Below, piece after piece: positions 56,217-64,000 of a stretch of 64,000 bases of DNA. The first letter of the stretch is position 1. Every line of letters begins with the position of its first letter. The translations under genes were made by a program, and so were the position numbers. The notes beneath the pieces were generated by a model. The model searched no databases. It saw only the letters and a program-made list of their open reading frames with translations, and had not been told where the DNA came from. Source of the DNA: an uncultured virus (IMG/VR IMGVR_UViG_3300045996_004413) (lineage: Duplodnaviria; Heunggongvirae; Uroviricota; Caudoviricetes). The DNA lies in IMG/VR virus record IMGVR_UViG_3300045996_004413; one strand, given 5' to 3'.

Positions 56217-56772
56217 ACCCGAAGCCGTGCCCGAAATGGTAAGACCTCCCATGGCCGCAGGCGGCCCGCCTCCGCTGGGGGCGCCCATGAACCTGATGGA
56301 GATGGGCATCGGCCCCGGCGGGCGGTTTGACCCGCACCGCGATGTGCTTGTGTTCTGGCCCCAGATGGTCGCCGGCATCATCCACGCGCTGCGGAACCGG
56401 ACCATCCCCCGGATCGCGTACGCCTTCGAAAAGGACCCCACGCTGGAGCATCGCACGAGCATGTGCCTGCTCTCGCTGGTGACCTTGTTCAAGGAGTCGC
56501 CCCCGGAGTCGTATGACAAACTCATGGATAACTGGCGGGCCAGCAACAACGACACCGAGGCGTCGGACCTTCTGATGATGATCTTCGGCCGCGCCTTGCT
56601 GAATTTCTACGTGGAGTGCGTGCTCAACTCCCGGTCGCCTGTCGGGGAACGGTGGTCGTCGATAACCGACGTCATCATGAACCGCATCCTTGCGGATCCG
56701 GAGATCCAGAAGCGGCTCAAGCAACGCAGCGAGTTGAAGTGGTACCAGCGTTTGTTCCCGTGGAGCAAGTGA
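56206..56772 (+). CDS. hypothetical protein
   Basis: AAGGAG RBS. Confidence 0.65.
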   Translation: MVVKPEAVPEMVRPPMAAGGPPPLGAPMNLMEMGIGPGGRFDPHRDVLVFWPQMVAGIIHALRNRTIPRIAYAFEKDPTLEHRTSMCLLSLVTLFKESPPESYDKLMDNWRASNNDTEASDLLMMIFGRALLNFYVECVLNSRSPVGERWSSITDVIMNRILADPEIQKRLKQRSELKWYQRLFPWSK

Positions 56773-56773
56773 T

Positions 56774-57637
56774 ATGGCCATGACGTACGGCTTTATTCAG
56801 CCTCCGGACCCCAAGGCGGCAACAGAGGCCCCGGGCGTGGTCTCCAACGAGCCAGGCCTCAAGGTCTCGAAGGTAGGCTCGCTCAAGCAGTTCGTTCCCC
56901 AGATGTTCGAACAGCTCGTGGGCATTGCAAACCTGATGGGCGTCATGCCGCGGTTGCTCGCTGGCGACTTCGACACGATGGACATCGAGACCACGGGGAT
57001 GAAGCGAAGCCGCTGCACCATCTGGCAGATCGCGATCTCCCGGTTCCGCAATTTCGACCAGATCGACACCCTGGACCGGGTGGTGGCGATCTCCGAGCAG
57101 GACGTCCTCGACGCCTACCGGGAATCCCCCAACCCCGAGGACGTGAAAAGGCGGATGCACCTGACCTGGGAACGCATCCAGAGCCAGGGCAGGCCACCGG
57201 CGGAGGTGATTACCGCTGTCCGCGACTATGTGAACATGGACACGTCCGTGCCGATCGTCGGCTACGCGTCCCGGCATATCGACATCCCGTTCCTGCAACT
57301 GTTTTGCGCGGCCCACGCCCCCGGCTTGCCGCTGCCAATTCCCCTCGAGCGGCTCCTGGATCTGGGGATGGCCGTCAAGGGCGCCCAACTCGGCACCCGC
57401 ATCAACCCCGGGGAAACCGCCGTGGATTACATGTCGCGTGTTTCGGGCCTGCCTGCGGCGAAGATCTACTGGAGCGTCGATTATGTGCTCGGGCAACTGG
57501 GCCTGGGCATCCGGGAAGAGCTCCTGCACGACGCCCGCATCGACTCGCTGGCGGCAGGCATGATCCTCAACTACATCCTCAAGCAGGGATTGCCCGACGA
57601 TCGCCTGCGGTACTGGCAGGAAAAGATCAACGCGTGA
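56774..57637 (+). CDS. DEDDh 3'-5' exonuclease (DnaQ-like)
   Basis: DIETTG, VGYA...DIPFL, HDARIDS. Confidence 0.85.
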   Translation: MAMTYGFIQPPDPKAATEAPGVVSNEPGLKVSKVGSLKQFVPQMFEQLVGIANLMGVMPRLLAGDFDTMDIETTGMKRSRCTIWQIAISRFRNFDQIDTLDRVVAISEQDVLDAYRESPNPEDVKRRMHLTWERIQSQGRPPAEVITAVRDYVNMDTSVPIVGYASRHIDIPFLQLFCAAHAPGLPLPIPLERLLDLGMAVKGAQLGTRINPGETAVDYMSRVSGLPAAKIYWSVDYVLGQLGLGIREELLHDARIDSLAAGMILNYILKQGLPDDRLRYWQEKINA

Positions 57638-58377
57638 AAAAGAAGAAGCTGTCCAAGGCTGAAAAACTTCGCCGCAAGAAAGCCCGGGCACTTGTCCGCG
57701 GGCCGTCCAAGCTGAAGCTGGCCAAGGCCGCCCGGGGCCTCCGGCGGCGAACCCACAGCGAGTGGTCGGACGCTGTTCTTGCCGCTGCCGGCGAGGTGTG
57801 CGAGGTGTGCGGAGTAGGCACACGACCGGTGTTCATCACCAAGAACGGCCAGGTAGTCGCCCAGCGAATCAACCGGCGGACTGGCCACCCGGTCTACAGC
57901 CGGATACAGGCGCATCACCTGCTCCCCAAGGAAGCCTACAAAGAATACGCCGCCGAGCTTTCGAACGGCGTGGCGGTGTGCATGACGCACCACAAAGTCG
58001 GCAAGTATTCTTTCCATAAAAACGCTGTCTGGGCCACGCTGTGGCTGCAGAAAAACCGTCCTGAAAAATACGCGTGGGTCGTCGAAAGAGTTGGCGACGT
58101 GCCCCCGGAGGCTCTAACCCAGAAAGGTCCCCTCAATGGCCAAGAAGAAGTTTGCGGAGGATGTCGCTCACCTGAAGCTCCCGCCATACTTGCAGAAGCT
58201 GCTCAAGACGCCCGCGGGCTTTACTGTCGTGCGGCTGATGTCCCTGGCGGGGATACTCCAGACCATGGCCTTCGAATTGGCCAGGAAGAGCACCGACGGC
58301 CAGATGCGGCAGGAGGATGCCGACAGCCTGCTGCACGTGGCGATGAAGACCGCCCACCTGCAGATGCAGGATCCTAA
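57634..58377 (+). CDS. HNH endonuclease (NinG-like)
   Basis: CEVCG...IQAHHLLPK...NGVAVCMTHH; Lys-rich N-terminus; tail overlaps the next gene. Confidence 0.75.
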   Translation: MKKKKLSKAEKLRRKKARALVRGPSKLKLAKAARGLRRRTHSEWSDAVLAAAGEVCEVCGVGTRPVFITKNGQVVAQRINRRTGHPVYSRIQAHHLLPKEAYKEYAAELSNGVAVCMTHHKVGKYSFHKNAVWATLWLQKNRPEKYAWVVERVGDVPPEALTQKGPLNGQEEVCGGCRSPEAPAILAEAAQDARGLYCRAADVPGGDTPDHGLRIGQEEHRRPDAAGGCRQPAARGDEDRPPADAGS

Positions 58378-59194
58378 CGCGGTCATGGCAAGCCTGCAGT
58401 ACGCCCAGCACTACATGGTCAACCACTACGAAGAAGCCACCAAGCAACTGGCGGCGGCGACTCCCGAGCAGGTGCAGGAGGCTCTCCCGGTGGTGCTGCC
58501 GGGCAACAAATTCTCGCTGCCGCACATCGATCGCCACAGCCTGGTTGTCCTGTGCGGGTTTCCCGCCAAGACGATCTCGCAGCTGATCGAAAATGCCCCC
58601 TCCGGTTACAACTGCTTCCGCATCCCCCAGCTTGACGCGCTGGCCCCCGGCGACACGGAGCTGGGGCCGCAGATCGTCCATGCGATGGGGCAGATGCAGC
58701 AGCACCAGGACCACATGGACCTGGTGGTCGTCGAGGACCTCATGAGCCTCACCAACCAGATCCCCGACAACATGGCTCCCAACAGCCGGGGCAAGTTCGG
58801 GGCAGCGATCAAGCTGATGGCGCGGGCGGTGAAGACGTCCAAAAAGCTTGCAATGCTGTTACTGGTTGAGGCCCTCGACAGCTTCGAAATCGAGGATCTC
58901 AAGGCCACTGGTTTCCGGGTGATCCAGTGGAACGAGTCCCTGTTCGGCCCGGACGTGTTCTTTGACAAGGCAGACGCCGAAAAGCGTCTGGCCGAGAGCC
59001 TGCAGGAGTTCCAAGCCCAGCAGGCCAAGGTTCGATCGGCCCTCGCCGACGCGGCGCTGCAAGCAGCCGCCGCCGGCAATGCCGCTGCGAATGGCCCCAG
59101 GCAGGGGCCCAAATTGGTCGAGCAAGATGAAACCCCTTCTCCTGTCGGAGACTCCCTCAATGTCCCAAACCCCAACAAAATTATCCTTGATTGA
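58136..59194 (+). CDS. hypothetical protein, possible degenerate RecA/DnaB-like fold
   Basis: SLVVLCGFPAK at a Walker-A-like position; DLVVVEDLMSL Walker-B-like. Confidence 0.6.
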   Translation: MAKKKFAEDVAHLKLPPYLQKLLKTPAGFTVVRLMSLAGILQTMAFELARKSTDGQMRQEDADSLLHVAMKTAHLQMQDPNAVMASLQYAQHYMVNHYEEATKQLAAATPEQVQEALPVVLPGNKFSLPHIDRHSLVVLCGFPAKTISQLIENAPSGYNCFRIPQLDALAPGDTELGPQIVHAMGQMQQHQDHMDLVVVEDLMSLTNQIPDNMAPNSRGKFGAAIKLMARAVKTSKKLAMLLLVEALDSFEIEDLKATGFRVIQWNESLFGPDVFFDKADAEKRLAESLQEFQAQQAKVRSALADAALQAAAAGNAAANGPRQGPKLVEQDETPSPVGDSLNVPNPNKIILD

Positions 59195-59852
59195 GCGGCA
59201 GCAGGCCGTCAACGACTCGATCTTCGGTCTCGGCGACAACGGCGGTATGCCGAGCCTGTACTCGCTGGCGATTAACTTCACGGCAACCCCTGAAGAGATT
59301 TCCGCGGTCGCCCTCGAGTTGCCGGCGCCGGGCACCATGACCAAGGCGGACACGATCCTGTCGTGGCGGGAAAAACAAGTTCCGCTCCTGACCAAGGACC
59401 CCAGCGCCCAGCTGTTCCTCGGCACGCCGACGGTTTTCCTCCGCGGCGTCCGCGACACCGGCGAAGACGTCCAGATCCCGACAACTGACCCGTTGATCCT
59501 GCTGTACGTCGTGGCCCACTTGCTTCGTGTCGGGGCAACCATCCTTGGACCAGCGGCGCCCCAGCGGTTGCAAGCCCTGGCGGCATGGGCGGTCAAGACC
59601 CACAAGGTCCTCGCACCCATCGAAGCATGGCGGCAACCGGTGCGGGAATATGGCGTGCCCGGGTGCCTCGCTGACACCCTGGACTACATCCTCGGCGGCA
59701 GTGCTTCGGCGTACGACCGCGGCTTGTTCGAAAAACACACCGGCTTCAAAGTCGACACCGGGCGCGGCGACGTTGACGTGGTTACCATCGCAATGCTTTG
59801 CCGGCGGCTCGATCTTCCGGCTGTAACTGAAACCTGGCGCACAGGAGTCTAA
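59160..59852 (+). CDS. hypothetical protein, possible inactive PolB-exonuclease-like fold
   Basis: LAINFTATP...PAPGTMTKADTILSW; C-terminal DVVTIAMLCRRL. Confidence 0.55.
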   Translation: MSQTPTKLSLIERQQAVNDSIFGLGDNGGMPSLYSLAINFTATPEEISAVALELPAPGTMTKADTILSWREKQVPLLTKDPSAQLFLGTPTVFLRGVRDTGEDVQIPTTDPLILLYVVAHLLRVGATILGPAAPQRLQALAAWAVKTHKVLAPIEAWRQPVREYGVPGCLADTLDYILGGSASAYDRGLFEKHTGFKVDTGRGDVDVVTIAMLCRRLDLPAVTETWRTGV

Positions 59853-59854
59853 AC

Positions 59855-60526
59855 GTGTTCGAAAACGACAAACCCACCGTTCCCCAGCTCGCCCCCGGCG
59901 CCGAGTCCATGCCCCTATCCCCGGCGGTAACCAATGAAGCGATCGCAGACATCGCTGAACCTGACCCCCTGATGGCCGGGGCGGGAAAGATGCCCGAGCT
60001 GCTTGAGCTCCCATCGGACTGGGTGCCCGTGTTCCTCCACCCGGTGGAAGTATTCCTCAAGATGCGAACCCGCCTGCCCCGCCTCTGGGAGCAGGAACTG
60101 GGAGCCAAGCAGGAACGGTTGCTGGCCACGTCCCGCACGCCCCTGTTCCCCGAGGAATACAAGAAGCACATGGGCGAGGACTGGCTGCACATCGTCGACG
60201 TGATGCCTAAGACCAACGCCGAGGCGTTCGAGAAGTGGGTAGGCCGCCAGGTGTTCACCAAGAAATCCGAGGGCCTTTACCTGGAATGCGTGCCGCACTG
60301 GATCGGCCTGCCGATCGCCCCGGGCCTGGAGAAGATCTGCCTGGTCGTGGTGCCGGCAACCACCAAAATTGCGGTGCTGCCGGCGCCCGGAGAATTGCCG
60401 CTGCAGTTCTGGCAGATGCAGCCGGGGCAGGACATCCAGCAGCGGGCGCTGTCAGCTTCTGACAGCCCGACAAACATGCTCGTTGCTCCCAAGATGCCCG
60501 AACCTCCCCCTTTGCAGAGGAAGTGA
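59855..60526 (+). CDS. hypothetical protein
   Basis: AGGAG RBS; 223 aa. Confidence 0.65.
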   Translation: MFENDKPTVPQLAPGAESMPLSPAVTNEAIADIAEPDPLMAGAGKMPELLELPSDWVPVFLHPVEVFLKMRTRLPRLWEQELGAKQERLLATSRTPLFPEEYKKHMGEDWLHIVDVMPKTNAEAFEKWVGRQVFTKKSEGLYLECVPHWIGLPIAPGLEKICLVVVPATTKIAVLPAPGELPLQFWQMQPGQDIQQRALSASDSPTNMLVAPKMPEPPPLQRK

Positions 60527-61026
60527 TGCCCCACCCCGCCGCCCCCTTCAACGAGGCGTTGCTCCACACGGACGTGTTCGTGTGCGAGTTCATCATGACC
60601 CCCGGCGAGGGCACATTGGAGCTCCACGGAGTTCCAGTGGCCCAGCAGGTGACCGCGTTTTTCGCCAGCAAAGATGCGTGGCCCGTGGCCCACTCTCTGA
60701 CCATGTCTCCGCCATACCCGCAGAAAGGCGGTAAGCTGGTTTTAACGCATGTGTTTACGTTGACCTGGGTGACCAGGTCCGTTTGGCTTGAGATGCAGGC
60801 CCGTATTACCGCCACTGCCCTTGCAATTCGTGAGCAGGAAAGGATCCCCGATGTCGGAACAACCCCCGGCCCAGACACCCAGTACGCCGCCGGCAACGCC
60901 GCCCGTGACGGAGGCGGTCCCGTCCTCTACGGCGACGTCTTCCCCCGCAATTTCCGAGACCCCGTCGACCTCAACCCCCTTCACGTGGATCTTGGACCAG
61001 CCGGCGGCGCCCAACCCAGCGGATGA
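60523..61026 (+). CDS. hypothetical protein
   Basis: GAGG RBS; overlaps the next ORF. Confidence 0.5.
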   Translation: MMPHPAAPFNEALLHTDVFVCEFIMTPGEGTLELHGVPVAQQVTAFFASKDAWPVAHSLTMSPPYPQKGGKLVLTHVFTLTWVTRSVWLEMQARITATALAIREQERIPDVGTTPGPDTQYAAGNAARDGGGPVLYGDVFPRNFRDPVDLNPLHVDLGPAGGAQPSG

Positions 61027-61360
61027 GCGGTTCGCGGAGTTGCAGCGGAAGCTGGAATTGGTGCCTTCCAAGGATCTGCGGTACCACGTTGTGAAGGTGA
61101 GCACCGAGGGCACCACGACCCTGGTGTTTGACTCGCTTTCCGCGTTCCTCGAGAACGCCAAGAACCTGCTGGTGGCGGAGTCCGGTACCCCCACCCGCCT
61201 GCTGTTCTACTATGGCTGGCGGATGGAGTTCACTACCCCCCAAATCCTGGTTGGTTTGACCCTCCCGGGGGCTGCCAAGGCCTCTCCCATGGTCTTGACC
61301 AAGAGCGGGTCCAATCCCACCGGAGACGTTCCGGACCGGGCTCTTTCGAGCGAAAGCTGA
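60851..61360 (+). CDS. hypothetical protein with P/S/T-rich N-terminus
   Basis: AAAGGA RBS. Confidence 0.6.
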   Translation: MSEQPPAQTPSTPPATPPVTEAVPSSTATSSPAISETPSTSTPFTWILDQPAAPNPADERFAELQRKLELVPSKDLRYHVVKVSTEGTTTLVFDSLSAFLENAKNLLVAESGTPTRLLFYYGWRMEFTTPQILVGLTLPGAAKASPMVLTKSGSNPTGDVPDRALSSES

Positions 61361-62052
61361 CGTTCAGGGGGTCTGCCGGCGATCGGGTGGCCTCACGCCC
61401 GCGGCGATGCCGATACACCACCGCCGTTATTCGAACGGGGGCTCTCGGGCCCCTGTCCGGCGGACCCCTTTTTAACCCCCAAAACCCACCTTAATTCGAC
61501 CCCAAAAAGCGCTATAAGAGAGTGTCTTGGAATAGTATTTTTAGACACCCCCGGAGGACTGCCATGTGACCGTTTTTTACCCATGCCGCACGGCGGGACG
61601 GCCTAGTCCCCGCTAACGCCTGATAGGCGAACCGACACACCTGACCCCATGGAAAAGGAGAGCCGCGTGCTTCGATAGTCTGGGTCCCTTAACCGGTCCC
61701 AACCCCGCTTGGAGGAAAGGGGACAAGAAACCTCCCGAGTTGCTTAACCAGCCTGTTTGCCCTTGACGGATTATCCACGCAGATCGCGAGGTTCCGGTCC
61801 AGGGGTGCCAGGCTGGCTGTGCTTTAGGGCTAACGACTCGCCCGCCCTGCTTATGGCAACAGCAGGGCGGATGGTGAAGGGCTGCTCTGGCGGCATCGGG
61901 AGACCCTCGGCCGGGGAATCCTGCTTAGCAGCCTTTCACCATCCCGCCAATTTGAACGTGTTTTCCACGCCGATGTTCGGCGTGGCTGGAGAAGGTACGC
62001 GCACACTCGGCGGTCGCGTACCTATTGGAAACAGCCGACAGGAGATCATCCC
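61361..62052 (+). ncRNA. candidate structured non-coding RNA or long leader
   Basis: Largest gap in the window, with many long stems (61366-79/61457-70; 61842-51/61861-70; 61870-86/61927-43). Confidence 0.45.
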
Positions 62053-63417
62053 ATGGCACGGAACAACATCTGTCTCTTTGGTATCCGTCCGGACCGCATG
62101 ACCCGCGAAAAGCAGAAGATCACCTTGGACGCCCCGGTCTCCCTGGGCGAAGGCGAGGTTAAGGTCTGGGGCCCTGACGGCGGCACCCTGATGTCCCTCC
62201 GCAACGTCGAAATCATCACCCTCATGCCGATCGGCTACGACGGCAGGAAAAACCTCTACCAGCTCAATCGGATCTACGTCGCCGACGGCAACCGGTTCAA
62301 CCCCGGCAGCCCCTTCATCCTCGACGCCGAGCGCCGGCAGTCCCAGACCCTCGACCCGTTCTGGGAAGAACAGCCCGGCGGCAAGAACAACTGGACCAAG
62401 CCATCGCAGGGGGCAATGGACACCCTCGTGGCGCCGATGGTCGAATTGCTGGAAACCGCCGACCGGGTGTCCGAGCTTCCCACGATCTCCCGGCCCCAGT
62501 TCTACGCGGGCTTCAACCGCGTGACGCTGGACTGCCTGCAGTTCAACCACGTGGAAGTCTTCCGGTGGGGCTGGCGGCACATCCAGGAAAAGTTCTGGGA
62601 CCAGGAGCAGGTCATCACCAACGTCATGCGCAAGACTTCCGACGGCGGCGAAGAAGATTACGGGATGCTGTTCTCCCGCCTCCCCTGGGAAGGTGTCGAA
62701 GAGACGCTGACCCGGGACACCGGCGGAGACCCCAAGATGATGTCGCTGCTGCCGCTGCTGCACGCCATCGTTCGCATCGCAATCTCGGAGCTTGACCCGG
62801 TGGAAGAAGGCAAGTCCGCAAACCCCGTCGCCCACCTTCCGCTGACGTTCCTCAAGTCCACGATCGGCGTCAACGACGTGTACGTCCGCACCTCCCCGGT
62901 GCAGCCGTATTACCTCGACCTGGATCCCCGGGATTACGACCAGATGGCCGGAACCTTCACCCAGTGCAACAACATGGACAAGTTGGCCCTGCGTCGCAAC
63001 GACGCCTCGCTGGTGTTCAGCGTGCCCGGTGTTGCCTACTTCCAGTTGTTCAACGGTGTTGGCCGGTCAAGGACCAACGGCGCCGCGATCCGCGCCAGCC
63101 GCATGATGAACGCCGGCAAGACGTTCGCCACGCGGATCGTCAAGAAGAAGCCCAAGTTCCAGACCGACCGCCCGGCGAAAGCCGCGCAGCGTCCCGAGCT
63201 GGTGACGGCCCAGGCGCAGGCGCGCGAAGCCGAGCAGGACATGGAGACCGCGGCCTTGGCGGCACCCAGCATGGGCGAGGTGCTCGGTGCCCAGCACCGT
63301 CAGGCGGCAAAGGTGCTGGCCGCCTTTGAATCCCTGATCCCCGAAGAAACCCCCAGCACCGGCGAAAAGAAAGGCGGGTTGGGCGACCAGCTCGGCCTGG
63401 ACCAGCCGGCACTGTAA
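62053..63417 (+). CDS. hypothetical protein (454 aa)
   Basis: AGGAG RBS, strongly C-ending codons, strong terminator after it; no family recognised. Confidence 0.8.
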   Translation: MARNNICLFGIRPDRMTREKQKITLDAPVSLGEGEVKVWGPDGGTLMSLRNVEIITLMPIGYDGRKNLYQLNRIYVADGNRFNPGSPFILDAERRQSQTLDPFWEEQPGGKNNWTKPSQGAMDTLVAPMVELLETADRVSELPTISRPQFYAGFNRVTLDCLQFNHVEVFRWGWRHIQEKFWDQEQVITNVMRKTSDGGEEDYGMLFSRLPWEGVEETLTRDTGGDPKMMSLLPLLHAIVRIAISELDPVEEGKSANPVAHLPLTFLKSTIGVNDVYVRTSPVQPYYLDLDPRDYDQMAGTFTQCNNMDKLALRRNDASLVFSVPGVAYFQLFNGVGRSRTNGAAIRASRMMNAGKTFATRIVKKKPKFQTDRPAKAAQRPELVTAQAQAREAEQDMETAALAAPSMGEVLGAQHRQAAKVLAAFESLIPEETPSTGEKKGGLGDQLGLDQPAL

Positions 63418-63432
63418 GCACTCCAGTGAAAG

Positions 63433-63473
63433 GAACCGGGTCGCGCTTATGCGTCCCCGGTTCTTTTTTTTTT
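63433..63473 (+). terminator. intrinsic terminator
   Basis: gaaccggg / cccggttc stem followed by T10. Confidence 0.85.
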
Positions 63474-63538
63474 AGCTCTCAGAATTGCAGCTATGCTCTG
63501 CTGTCGCTAGACTCAGGTCAACCATAAGGAGCCTGGGC

Positions 63539-63823
63539 ATGACATCTTCTCCCAAAATCACCGACGCCGATCTCGCAAACCGTTTCACCTACCACGCCCC
63601 CAAGCCCGCCGTGGCGATGACCGCGGAAGTCGCCGCAGGCACTGTCCACACGGCCGTCGCACTCCCACAGACGGAACGGTATGCCGCAATTCGAGCCAAG
63701 CTCGAGGAGACGGCCAAGTTCATCCGAGACATGACCCCAGGTTCCCGCGAGCAGTCCCTCGTAATCACCAAGCTGGAAGAAGCGATGTTCTGGGCCAACG
63801 CCTCCATCGCGAGAAACGAATAA
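63539..63823 (+). CDS. Acb2/Tad1-like hairpin domain protein (putative cyclic-nucleotide sponge)
   Basis: NRFTYHAP...QTERY..IR...SREQSLVITKLEEAMFWANASIARNE; AAGGAG RBS. Confidence 0.75.
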   Translation: MTSSPKITDADLANRFTYHAPKPAVAMTAEVAAGTVHTAVALPQTERYAAIRAKLEETAKFIRDMTPGSREQSLVITKLEEAMFWANASIARNE

Positions 63824-63840
63824 CGCGGAGGAATCCCCCC

Positions 63841-64000
63841 ATGTCCCAGGCCCCCTCAACAGCCGGTCCCACCGGTCGGTTGGAATTTCTGTCTTCACCG
63901 GATGCCCGACGCGGCAACCTGCCCGGCGGCAAGCATAACCTGACCAGCGACATCCCGGTGCGGCCCATGCCCGAGAACACGAATATGGCCACGCCGCCGG
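63841..64000 (+). CDS. partial ORF running off the window
   Basis: GGAGG RBS, ATG at 63841, open to the window end. Confidence 0.5.
   Translation, partial: MSQAPSTAGPTGRLEFLSSPDARRGNLPGGKHNLTSDIPVRPMPENTNMATPP

Noticed and set aside
61366..61473. Canonical tRNA gene
   Set aside because: Closing stem is too long, arm order and sizes do not fit, and there is no GTTCRA T-arm in position and no CCA.
61700..61990. RNase P RNA or tmRNA
   Set aside because: GAGGAAAG is present but is not followed by UCC, and no matching 3' P4 strand or tmRNA tRNA-like ends were seen.
1..64000. Alternative genetic code (stop-codon reassignment)
   Set aside because: Conserved genes (ligA, thyA, tmk, helicase) are full length in the standard code, and TAA, TAG and TGA all terminate genes.

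Overview
This window looks like part of a large, high-GC tailed bacteriophage (jumbo-phage-like) genome. Genes are dense and often overlap, most are on the + strand, and many are orphans. I found no rRNA, tRNA, CRISPR array, capsid, terminase or integrase. Recognisable content: (1) DNA and nucleotide metabolism: NUDIX hydrolase, NAD-dependent ligase, RNase H, Dda/RecD-like helicase, HerA-like ATPase, two NMP kinases, ThyA, a DEDD exonuclease, an HNH nuclease and two adenine methyltransferases. (2) Host-like genes: peptide deformylase, KGG stress protein, CsrA-like, Crp-like and Rmf-like domains. (3) A minus-strand block of tail-fibre-like genes with a calpain-like protease. (4) A glycosyltransferase/methyltransferase cluster at 35.7-43.4 kb. 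(5) A Ycf46-like AAA/DUF3150/DUF1257/DUF2997 module split over two loci. (6) An Acb2/Tad1-like anti-defence gene. The most striking observations are a thymidylate synthase carrying an in-frame HNH homing-endonuclease domain with no intein or intron signature (plus a second Zn-ribbon insert), a roughly 690 bp highly structured non-coding region containing an SD-ATG-TGA start-stop element, and several apparent pseudo-enzymes. All family assignments come from recognising motifs by eye and need HMM or structure confirmation.
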